Shown: positions 26,400 through 37,599 of the stretch, one piece after another
Layout of the letters: the number at the start of each line of letters is the position of its first letter
How positions within the stretch are numbered: the stretch's first letter is position 1
Source: Camelus dromedarius
Taxonomy: Eukaryota
DNA length: 64,000 bases
NCBI RefSeq assembly: GCF_036321535.1
Contig: NC_087437.1
Location: forward strand, 115,260,001 to 115,324,000
Reading direction: 5' to 3'
Notes under the pieces: generated by a model
What the model was told of the DNA's origin: nothing
The model's input: the letters and a program-made list of their open reading frames with translations, nothing else
The model's database searches: none
Translations under genes and position numbers: made by a program

Positions 26400-26800
26400 T
26401 ACTTTATTGATGTAACTTACATTAAGAGCACAGTCTTCATGATATAACTCTATTTCCTTAAACATACCTTACACCCAGGTAACCAGCACCTAGATCAAGA
26501 CGTAGGGCATTTCCAACTCACCAGCAGGCTCCCTCACGCTGCCTCCTAGTTAACACCACTGTTCTAATATTTATCACCATACATTAGCTTTTCCTGATTT
26601 TGAACCTTATATAAATGGAATCGTATGGTACATACATATTCTTTTATGTCTGGCTTTTTATGCCCGACATTGTATCTGTGACATTCATTCACAATAATAG
26701 AGCAGTAATCTCATTCTTGTTTGCATGGCTGTGTGGTTTTCCACTGTATAAACAGGACACAATCTGTTTACCATTCCATCCTTGATAGAGTTGGCTGGTG
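26400..26800 (-). mobile_element. Old L1 (L1ME-like) 3' fragment
   Basis: ctttattgatgtaacttaca...gaaccttatataaatggaatc. Confidence 0.6.
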
Positions 26801-27239
26801 CCCTCAAACTACTCTTATGTGTGGTGACATACACTTACCATAAAATAACACAGGACCTGGGACACATTAGGGAACAGAAACAGTAGATTCACGTCATCCA
26901 TCTCATGCCTACTGGGTGGGGAAATGGTTATTAAAATGGAAGTCCTAGTTTTCCCAACCATTTAAAATTATTAGTTTCTTTTTCTTTTCTTTTCCTTCTT
27001 TTTAACAGAAAGTATAGTTAAATTTGGATAAATTAAAATGTGTGGCTCCACTTCAGTGTAGAGATTTAGGCTGTCAAAAGTTAGAAGGCCTTGACTGCTA
27101 GATGAATTTAGATTTGGTCCCACTGGCCAACTGTGAGTATACTCTTGGTAAGGTATGTATGGTTTGTTTTTTTAAACTTATTTCTATCTAAGCTTCCTAC
27201 TCTTACATGAGACGTGCCCAAATATTAATAAGGCAGTGT

Positions 27240-27995
27240 TACTCAAACTAATTCATATACCAAATCCTCCCACGTCCCTAACTGCACTTCCCCAGATCTG
27301 TCTGATTCAGGGGAAGGTGCAATCATCCACTCAGTTCCTTAGTCCCTCAAAACCTAGGAATGACCCCTGATCACAACTTCTTTCAGTAGGCTGCCTACCC
27401 TGCACAGTCAGACCCCTCTACCCAGTCAACTATGCCTCCAACAAATGCTGTGAACCAACCCCCCCTCCCCTCCCCTCCCTAGCTCCATTGCTACCACTCT
27501 GCTCTAAGCACAAGCATCTCCTGCCTGGACCACTGAACCAATGTACTGGCCTCCTGATGGGTCTCCTCACTTCCACACTCTTGCCCCAACCCCAATTCCC
27601 CCTCCTGAACCCACCCTCCACCCACCACCCAGTGACTTATAGAAAACACAAATCAGGCCATGTCACACTCTTCCTTAAAGGCTCCGAATAGCTCAGTATC
27701 TAAAGTGCCTCAAACCCATCACACTGACGTGTAAATCCGGACTTCTTATGCTGGCCTACACAGCCCCTCACACCCTCCAGCAGCTGCTCTAGGCCCCCTG
27801 CTGGCCTTCAGTCCTTAGGACACACCAAGCTCCTTCCCATCCAAAGGTCTCTCCTTGGCTGCTCAGGACTTGAAATCTCCCCTCTCCCCCTCTAATCTTT
27901 GTATGACTGGCTCCTGTTTTTATTAATCTAATCTCAACCTTAACTGCTTCTCTTTGAGCAGGCTCCACTGACCACCGGATCTAAAGAAGTTATTC
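27240..27995. mobile_element. L2 fragment
   Basis: Pyrimidine-rich L2 3' motifs catctcctgcctggac...ctcctgatgggtctcc...aaatcaggccatgtcac. Confidence 0.6.
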
Positions 27996-28189
27996 CTTAG
28001 ACGTGAATCTGACAGCAAGCATACATATTCAATGTATCCTTCTCCCAAATCTAAGAGCTTGAATCCTGGGCTTGTAAGAACAAACAATGGGAAGGACACA
28101 ATTGCCCTTTGAAAATTACAACATGAATGCCTTCCTGGAGGGGCTTCTTATTTCTACTGATACTTCTTTTTAAAAAGTCTGCTATATGG

Positions 28190-28395
28190 TAATGCAGTAT
28201 TTTATTTATTCTTTATTTATTCTATTAATAACTACTATTTAAGAACAGTTTAATATTAATGGAACAATCTAAGGGAAATTCAACTTACTTTTTTTACATT
28301 TCAATATTGGGTGTTAATCAGAAAGATGGTCAAAGTAAGTCAAAAACTTATCATAAAAGTTTGGTGTTTAGTCTACATACAATTCAGTTTTTGGT
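28190..28395 (-). other. PIGP: PIGP 3' UTR and polyadenylation signals
   Basis: Clustered AATAAA on the minus strand (tttatt at 28201-28221), about 180 nt after the stop. Confidence 0.7.
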
Positions 28396-28539
<144 letters not shown>

Positions 28540-29501
28540 TTACTCAAGCAGTTATTTCTACAATCTCTGTGGTCTGTGGAGACCCACCGCATAGTTTACT
28601 AGGCTAATGTTTGGATAATGACAAGCACCATGTTTAACATAATTAAAAGGCTACTTAAATTCTCCCTTCAGAAGAAATGTCCCAGTTAGAATAAAAATTA
28701 GCAAAAAACTTTTTGCAACCTCTAACTTGGATAAGAAATTAATATTTCATTCAACTATACAATGATGATTAAAGTCCCATCTGCACATTTCTCATAGGAA
28801 CAGAATTACATACAGGCTTAGAAAAGATATTTAAATCAACACTCCAAAACTATTAAATCATTTGGTACAATCATTCATGCAAACTTAACAATTTCCCATC
28901 TCTGCAAAAATTATCTATTTGCTGTAATTCCAGCCAAGTATGCAGGGAACACACAGTAGGTGATCAGAAAAGAAATACTGAACAGTTGAAAAATCATACT
29001 AGAACTTAAAAAAATACTTTGCTTCCTAGAATCTAAGCAATGGCAGGAATCTAATTTATCTTAATCTTTAGACTTGAAATAAGAACTTAAAAAAAAAAAT
29101 AAAACCACAAAAACATGCTGTGGCCCTTTTCTCCACATAATTGGGGTCAGGTGCACACAGCGATCCTGAGGATACAACCCTCCAAATTCCTCCTCCCAGG
29201 TAAGGTCTGCATGCACCTCTTTGCCATCCCTTGATCAACATGGCAAAGTTGCCAAGGAACGTATCATATACTTGCGGTTTTGAAGGGAAAATGTACCTGT
29301 TAAGCAGTGCTATAAACAGCATGTTCATGAGAACTTATTTCTGCCGGGTAAACATTTCCTCTGGTATAATTTTACTATTTCCCCTAGTTTCTTTTTACTG
29401 TGTCAATGTGTGTCACTTACTGTACTCTATTCCTGGTTGCTTTTCTTGATAAAAGTGTTAATACCCCACACCCCCAGCACTTTCCTTTGATATGAATTTA
29501 C

Positions 29502-29620
29502 CTGTGATTGTGTGAATGGAGTTGAGTGGAGAGGTACTCATCATGTTTATTCCAAATAAGAGTAAATAACCGATCACTATAGTAATGAGGAGGTACACAG
29601 GCAACGCAACTGCCCAGTAT
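29502..29620 (-). CDS. PIGP: PIGP coding exon 3 ([40 protein letters not shown])
   Basis: cttctgCAG acceptor, G|GTAAAT donor; 119 nt, phases match neighbours; second transmembrane segment. Confidence 0.96.
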
Positions 29621-29769
29621 CTGCAGAAGAGAGTATTAAAGTATTAAAGTAACAGACTTCCTAAAAAGTTGCAGTTCTTAAGAGTTCACCACTTATATAC
29701 TTTAAAAACTTTTAATTTTCATTAAAATAATACATGTGCATAAAAGACAGTCAAATAGTTCTACGAGAC

Positions 29770-31300
29770 CTATAATGAAGCTGCTCTCCTGTATCATACC
29801 TGTCTGGACCGTGAGTCTTACTTCCCAAAAGGGAACACTTTTAGCACCTAAGTTGTTTCTTTTGGTGTTTATCTCCACTTTTCTATACAACATACTCATG
29901 TTATTATTTATTTTCTTCAATTTCAGACATTTTCTCTGAAACATTTGCTTGGTCTCCCATGAACTTATCAATATGCAATCCCCAAATCCTCTGACAGGAC
30001 TCTAACATGCCTCTCGATACAGTTAGGCACATCAAGGGCTCTACTTTGCATGCTTTATTGGGTGTGTTATTTAATAATTTCCTCCCTACTGTTTTTTCTT
30101 TCTGGAACTCCTAAGAGTCAGATTGTTCGCTGTTACACTTTCCCATCTTTTCCCTATTTTCTATTTTGCTACATTGTGCTCTACTTTCTGGAGATTGCTT
30201 TTGGTTTCTCTTCTAACCATTCAATTAAAGTTTTAATTTTGGTGATTGTAATTTCCAAAGGCATTAATTCTCTGAACAGTCCCTATTTTATAGCATCCTA
30301 TTGTTTCACAGTTATAACCTTTTTTTATCTCTGAGGATTTTGTTTTTTTAAAGTTTTCTTCCAGTCTTTGCATTATCTCCATTTCCTCCAAGTTTCCTTT
30401 TTTTCTTTTGCATTTCATTTTCAAGGTTTTCTTTTAATATCTGCTAAGTTATGGGTTTAAAACTTAATTTTAATTTTTATTAAAATAATACATGTACATA
30501 AGACAGTCAAATAGTTCTACATATTTAAAAATGAAGTACTAAAAGTTAACTGGAAGCACTGTGTATATGTGGGCTGGGCTGGTCAACTGGTGACCTTCAT
30601 TGTGGGAGACCTTCATTGGAGAACCTCTTAATTATCAGGAATGATGATCCTTTCTCTCAAGCTGGTCAGCTTCCTCAGGGAAGACCCTGCTGTCTCGCTG
30701 GGAGGAGCCCGGTGTATCAGCCCGGCCACCACAAGCCTGAGGGCCCAGTGAGGAGAAGGACTTGGGAGGCACCTTACTGCTCAGCGGCGCAGATTTCCAC
30801 TTTTTCCTGTTTTCAGTAAGGTTTCTCACTTCCACTCAGTTAGGCCTAGTGTTCCCCCAGCTACAGATTCTTACTCAGCCTTTCCAGAACATAAAACTCC
30901 TGTCTCCTGCAGGGGGTTGGCACCCAGTTTTGAGTGCTGAGGAGGGGGATTTGAGGGGCCAATGCTCTTTACACACAGTTTTCAGCCCGATTCAGAAACA
31001 CCGTGTTAAAGAGGTCCCTGTGCTTCCAACGTCTGGGCCTCTCTGCCTTGTCGGCACAGAGCCTCTGGATGGCTTCCCTGCTTTAGCCATGTGGCAAGGT
31101 GAAAATCAAGTCAGTTACCTCTCACCCATCTGCAACCCACTTTCTCACATTTTATTGATACTTCTCTGCTATCCCATTATTTGTTCCTGTGGGTTTATAA
31201 CTTTAAAATTATTTTTTCCTGTGGGGTTATTTTAGCAAGATTTAGGGAGGAAATGGAGATAAAGATGTGTATTCACCTAACCATCTTTAAGAAAAAGCGT
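29770..31300 (-). mobile_element. Degenerate L1-related (HAL1-like) fragment in a PIGP intron
   Basis: tttctggaactcctaagagtcagattgtt and atatttaaaaatgaagtactaaaagttaactggaagc resemble HAL1/L1 ORF1-region sequence. Confidence 0.45.
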
Positions 31301-31459
31301 ATCAATGATAATCTTTAAAAAGCTTTCAATTTTTATATGGCTATTTATGAATCTTAAAAGAAAAAACATTTAAGATTTGAGTAGTCTTAAGGCAAAATCT
31401 GATCCTTCAAAACAGCATTAATATACTCTGATTTTATTTAAGAAATATATTAAACTTAC

Positions 31460-31532
31460 TTTTGAGGCCAATAGGTTAAACCTAAGGAGTTTAGCCAAGA
31501 TTCAGGAATAAAAGCCCAGACAAGGTATAGTA
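31460..31532 (-). CDS. PIGP: PIGP coding exon 2 ([25 protein letters not shown])
   Basis: ttttctaCAG acceptor, AA|GTAAGT donor; 73 nt. Confidence 0.96.
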
Positions 31533-32019
31533 CTGTAGAAAAGGGGAAAAAGAATGAAAAAGAAAAAAGAAAAAAGGTCAGTAAAGCATGTATCCAATTC
31601 ATCAAGGTTCAGATAAAAAAAAAACAAACTCCTTTAAAGCTTCCCTGATTAACTCAGAAATGAGTTTTCCCTCCTTTTAGTTCTAGCTCCTTATTTGTAC
31701 AATTCTTGTAACACTGATCACAATTACCTTTTACTAGTCATTAAAAAAAATTGTGGTAGCAAATAAAATTTACCATCTTAACCATTTTTAAGCATCTGTT
31801 AAGCTCCCATGCCTGGAGAAACTAATGTCAACTCATCGTATGATAGTCAATTTGTACAATAAATTATGAACCTGGAAAAACACAGTTAAAGCAAACTCCC
31901 AAGAGAAATAACCATCCAGGCTCCAACCAGAGGTTTTAATCAGGGAGCTCAGGTCTGGATCTCAGGTGGGTCACTGTGATAGCTGCATGCAGGATGTGTC
32001 TGTGGAAGAGGAGAGGCTG

Positions 32020-33460
32020 TAAGAGGCCCCCGGGCCCAATGGCAGGAGCCAATGGATGACTCAGAAGGAAAGTACCACTGAAGAGGACTCCTAGGTTTTC
32101 AGAGTGGGTGTCTGGAAACTTCAACCGTGAAGAAAGAGATACTGGTGCAGTCATTCTCCACACAGCATGGAGAGATTTTCCAAAAATATACATCTGACCG
32201 TTTCACTTGCCAGTTCAAATCCTTCGATGTCCTTAGAACAAAATCCAAACTCCTTACTAGGGCTTGCAGGAACTCCCATGACCTGGCTCCTGCTTGCCTC
32301 TCCGACATCTAGCCTTCAAACACTATGCTCCAGCTCCAAACACTCTCATTTCTGTGCTTCACACAATCTTCTGGATGCAGGGTCACTGCACTTGTAGGGA
32401 GTGCTGCCTGCCTGGAATGTTACTCTTTTGGCTTTCTCAAGAGAGATGGTTCCTTAGCTTTCTTCATGTCTTAGCTCAAATGTCACCTTAAGAGAGGCTT
32501 TCCCCCATCTCTTGCTTTCCCAGCTGTGTCCAGACCACCATGCCCTCATTACTCTGTCATTTCACTTTTTTCCTTCAAAGCTATTATCACAATCTACAGT
32601 CCCCCTAAATGAATATGCTGAAACCCAAATCCCCAGTCTGATGGATTTGGAGGGTTGGGTGGGAGAGCTTTGAGAGGTAGTTAGGCATGAGAGGAGTGTC
32701 CAGGATTATGGGATTAGTGTTCTTATAAGAAAAGGAAGAAACTAGAGCTTAAGTGCTCTCTCTCCACTATGTGAAGACACAGGAAGAAGGATAACCATGC
32801 TGGCATCCTGATCACCCACTTCCCTGCCTCCAGAGCTGTGAGAAATAAACATCTACTGTTTAAGCCACCCAGTCTATGGTATTTTATTACAGCAGCCTGA
32901 GCAGATTCAGACAACTGGTTTTTAAAATCAGTAAGTATTTCAATGTACACAGAGAATCCTGTAACCCTCCAGTACCCACCACCTAGTTTTATTATAACTG
33001 CTGGGTATTGGCCTCTGACCTATCCTATTACTTTTTGCCTCTCATTGCCTCAGGTTTCAACTCTACTGACCTCCTATTCCTTTAAACCATGGCATCCTCA
33101 GGGCTTTTGCACTGGCTGTTCTCTGCCTGGGAGGCTCTTTCCCCAGACTGCCACTGGGCTAACTCTCACTTAAAGAGTCTGTGCTTAAAACTCATCTCTC
33201 AGTGAGGCACTTCCTGACTGCTATGTTTAAAACAGCACCCTCCTCCCACTCCTTATGCCCCTGTCTTGCTCAGCTTCTCCCCATGGTACAACATTACCAT
33301 CTGACACTCTATAAACTTTACTCATTTAATCTGTCCACTGGCTATCTCCTCCCTGCAGAATGGAAACTCCATGAAGGCAGGAAACTTTAGGCTGTTTTGC
33401 TCCTCCCTTGCCTGTGAGAGTGCCTGGCACCTCGTAAGCACGAAATAAAAATTTGCTGAA
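32020..33460. mobile_element. L2 fragments with a nested MaLR LTR (~32600-32912)
   Basis: L2 3' motifs cagggcttttgcactggctgtt...aaactccatgaaggcagg; LTR motif gcctccagagctgtgagaaataaa...gtctatggtattt. Confidence 0.6.
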
Positions 33461-35090
33461 TTAGTTTCTGGTTGTGGGTACTATTGGATTTAAGTCTTAA
33501 AGTCACTGCTTTTATTTATTTGTACAGTTTTTAATCCTTCCAATACTCTATAGAACAGGGATTTACAAAATCGATGATGCTGATACCAGTAACAGCAGCA
33601 GCTAACATTTATGTAAGTACAGGTGGCCCCTAGAAATCTGAAGAGGATTTTCACTTTTAGTAAAAAAGTGTTCCGCGTTTGTTTTTCAGGGAGCTGAGGC
33701 AGTGGCAGTGCGCACCCAGAGCAGGGAGAGTGGCAGGTTCGAGCTCCTTCTCCAGAGCTACGCTCAGCATCTCAGTGACAGCCGCCATGGCTTTGAACTG
33801 TGTCTGAGCATCTTTATCAAGCTGAGGGCATTATCTCAATTTATTTTGTGCATCTGTCAGCCAGGCATGCCCTTAGGTAACTGCTTCTTCGCTTTACACC
33901 ATCTGGCTTATGAAAGGTTTCATAAAAATGTACTTTTGGAGAGTGGGGGAAATCTGCACTTCCTGTTCCTATGCGTTCTTTTAAGTGCTTTGCATAAATT
34001 ATGGCAATTACTCTTCACAACATACATAAGAAGCAGCAGAGTGAAGTCAACTCAGTGTGTCTGGGTTCAAATTCTTTATGTTATTTATTGTCTTTGTGAC
34101 CTTGGGCACATTATTTAAGCCCTGTGTTCCTCAGTATTCTCAGCTGTAAAAATGAGGACAATAATGGCATATCTACCTCACAGGATTGTCTTATGCTTAA
34201 TAAGCATCCGATGAACATCATCACCACCCTTTCATAGATGAGGAATCTGAAGAATCAAGAAAGTAAATGGTCCTCCACAAAGCTAATCTGTGGAGGAGTC
34301 AGGATTTGAACTCGAGTTATAACTTCTTCACCCCACAGACTCCCCTAGCCAACAGCTTGGTTGGCCAGACTGAGGCAGTTAGGGTTCAGAAGCACTACTG
34401 TGCTCCCATCTCCTGGATTTCCACAAAATCCTACAAAGCTGTGGGCACCCATTTTTCTGCCTCTTATTTCCCTCATAATTTTCAGGTCCTTTTGGGAGAG
34501 ATGTGGGGCCTGTTGTGACTCTGGGCATACTGCATCGCAGTGGACATCAGTTTCTCCTCATCTGTAAAATGAGACCTCATGGGGACTGATGGAGAGCCAA
34601 GATGTAAAGCACAGCTGACTGCTATAATCCAATTCTTGCCACTCCCTAGCTCCCACAGGCTGCACTGGGGCCACAAAGAACTTCCCATTTCCAAACCCCA
34701 ACATGCCTTCATTCAAGGCCTTCCAACTTCTTCCTTCTCACTGGGAGAAAGCTAACTCTGACTTCACAGTTTGATTTATCTCTACACTGGGGTTCCCAAG
34801 GCACTGAGTGTTAACTGTAGATGCACTCAACTATCTTGTCCACGAAATCATGACTTTCTCCAGGGCAGGCACCAGGTTTCATTCACTTTGCGCTGCAGCA
34901 TGAAGATTTGTTGAGATTAAATCTTTAAGGCTAATGTCTGGCATATAAAACACCCTGAACAAATGTGCGTTCCCTTCAGGTTTTCTCAAAAAGAAACACA
35001 GGTAAAAAGACTCGCAGTTCACGTGTGCACATTCTACGAACAAATGAAATAATTTCCTTGTCCTTGAACTGTAGAGAAAGACCCTGGCTA

Positions 35091-35240
<150 letters not shown>

Positions 35241-35447
35241 TCAGTGATTCACTCCTCTTCACCATCGGTCTTTTATAACCTCATCGCTTTGCTACGGGCA
35301 ACCTCTGCAGTTTCGTTCCCAGCCTATACCACCGCAAACAGCCACCCAGCGCACACACCCCCAACGTACGCCTGCTTGCACAAGTGCACACAAGCACCCG
35401 TACCTCGCCTGCACGCGCACACTAGCCAACCAGCCCGCAAACCTCAC

Positions 35448-35960
35448 GAGCTCGCGCGCGCGAGCACACACGCCAGAGCGCGCACATCCCGCAGTGGGGG
35501 GTGGGGGAAGGCTAGGGGAGAGCGGGGGAGGGACTGACGCCGCTCCTGCTCTGCAGGCTTCGCCTCCCCGCGGAAAGGGAAGGGCAAACAGGGAGAGGAG
35601 GCCGGCGCGGCCTCCCCAGGCCTGGGCCTCGGCGCCCGCGGCCTTTTCCCGCGCTCTCGTGAGGTTTTCAGTTGGGGTTGGAGGGGTGACCCTCGACCTT
35701 GGGTCCTCCTTGCGCCCACTCGGGCCCCTCCCCCCAGTTCGGCCACCTCGGTGCCGAGTCCCCTGCGCAGGCGCCGACCAGGTAGCCGCAGGGGGGCGAG
35801 AGAGGAAAAACAGTGAAAGGCCCAGTCACGACAACAGCCCTCGTCCGGGCGCAGGCGCACCGCGACCCCCGTCGGGCAGGAACGCGCGAGCGCGGGGGCC
35901 GGCGGGATCGCTCCGCTCGCCGCCGCGGAAGGGGGCCGGCGCAGCGCGACGGCGCATGTG
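35448..35960 (-). other. PIGP: Region containing PIGP non-coding first exon(s); boundaries unresolved
   Basis: Required by the acceptor upstream of 35214; candidate minus-strand donors CTC|GTGAGG (35447) and GCG|GTGCGC (35860). Confidence 0.4.
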
Positions 35961-35989
35961 CGTTGCGACCCACGTGACGCGTCTGCCGC

Positions 35990-36090
35990 CTGCGCTGCCG
36001 CCCGCTCCCGCCTGCCAGCTGGCTGACGTGGAGGGCCCGAGGCGGCGGCGGTGGCGGCCCGCGTCCGAGGCTCGCGGGCTGCCGGCCCCG
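35990..36090 (+). other. TTC3: TTC3 non-coding exon 1 (start approximate)
   Basis: Strong donor CCG|GTGAGT at 36091 in the island core, followed by GT-rich intron sequence. Confidence 0.75.
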
Positions 36091-37599
36091 GTGAGTGCAC
36101 ACCTGGCGCGCGGCAGGGCTCCCGGATGTGTCACCTTGTCGCGCTGCAGCCGAGATGCCCGGGGAGAGGGGCCCTCCACACCCCCTCCGTGGGTGTGTGG
36201 TGAGTGTGGGTGTGTGCGCGTCGCTCGCCTCGTTGGCTGTGGTGTCCGCGGTGTGTCTGCGTGGGTCGGGGGCCGGTGCTCTGGGAGTCGGGGGTCTGTG
36301 TGTGGCCGCCTTTGTCGGCCGCAGTGGGTGTGTCCCCTTTGTGTAATGTCCTTCTTCTGCAAGTGTGGGTCCCTGAGGGCTTCTGTGCGAGGGTGGGAGT
36401 AGCCCCTTTGTGTGCGCACCTCCCGGTCGCGCGCGCATCTTTTGGCTGCTCGCGCACTCTTCCGGGGGTCCGTGCGAGAGTGACACTCCCAGTAGACTGA
36501 GGGGATACCCAGGCTGGGGCGCGTGGGCACGCGCTCACTTGTCCTTTCCCTGCCCCTTTGTGTCTGCGCCGGTTCTTTCCAGCGATGGCGTAGACGCCCC
36601 TGGCTGTGTGAGGGGCCCCCCTTTGTGTCACTGCCCCTCTGCGTGGGATGCGCGTTCCCCGCGCCTCCTGCAGTTATCACCGCCCGCAGCATCTCTCGCC
36701 CGGGTGTCCGTGCGCGCGTGCCCCGCCTGGGTCCTGTCGAGTGCGTGATCTCCTGTGTGCGGGTTTTTGTTCGCGAGTGTTCGTGAACATTCTTGCACGC
36801 CCCATTCTCTGTGTTTGTGTTCCCTACAACTGCGCCACCTGTTTTCGTAAGAATGGCTGCCGGGTCCGGGGAGGGGGTGGGGGAGGGAGAAATCCACCCT
36901 GCGCTCCTCCCTCCCTTGCGCCTCTTTGGAGCGTCCTCCCTCCCGCTACTGTAATGGGAAGAGAGGACAGCAGCGGGTATGACCGGCTGTTCCGAAGTGT
37001 GTTCACGATGTCAGATGTGGTCTGTCGAGCATGTATGTTTTGGGGCCTCAATAAGGGGGCCGGGGCCAAAAATGGAGCCAAGGCGTAGGTGAATGTTGGC
37101 TGGTACCGATGTGGCGTACCTTTTTTAGAGGCGCCCTAGACGCCCAAAGCCTTTCAATTGCAGGCTCCTTCCAAAATGTATGTACACGACAACTGAGCAG
37201 ATACATTCTAGCCCATCCGGGGCGTCCTTGATAATATTTAACGGTTCATGTCGTGTTTTATGGCATTCACGTAAATTGTCACTTTTGATTCTTCCCAATG
37301 TCATGGCGAAGTAAACAAGGTAGACATTTTACAGATTTTACTCCTCCATGGGGAGCAGTTTCTCCGTAATTACAGCTCTGGTTAGGGCATTTTTTTTTTT
37401 TTGCTAGAAATTTGCATTTTATCCTGAGAGAAATGGGGTTAATTATAAGGATACACAGGGAAAGAAGCTTTAAACCTATTAACTACCCAGTTACTTCTCT
37501 TGCTCTAAGGTTCGTGCTCTGCGCTCAAGGGCTACGTTTTGGTGTCTTGTTTCTCGCTGTTCATTTGCTCAGTTTTCTTACTCTTGCCTAATTTTCTGA

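Larger units (their letters stand above)
35330..37100. promoter_or_regulatory. CpG island, bidirectional PIGP/TTC3 promoter
   Basis: Very high GC and CpG density between divergent genes; NRF1-like GCGCAGGCGC (~35765, ~35849) and GCGCATGTGCG (~35952); CACGTGAC at 35971. Confidence 0.92.

Noticed and set aside
30762..31235. 157-aa ORF in a PIGP intron
   Set aside because: Lies within a degenerate L1-related fragment; TTG start; no domain
33702..34118. 138-aa ORF antisense to PIGP after a ttttcAG
   Set aside because: GTG start, no recognisable homology, ends in MIR-like sequence
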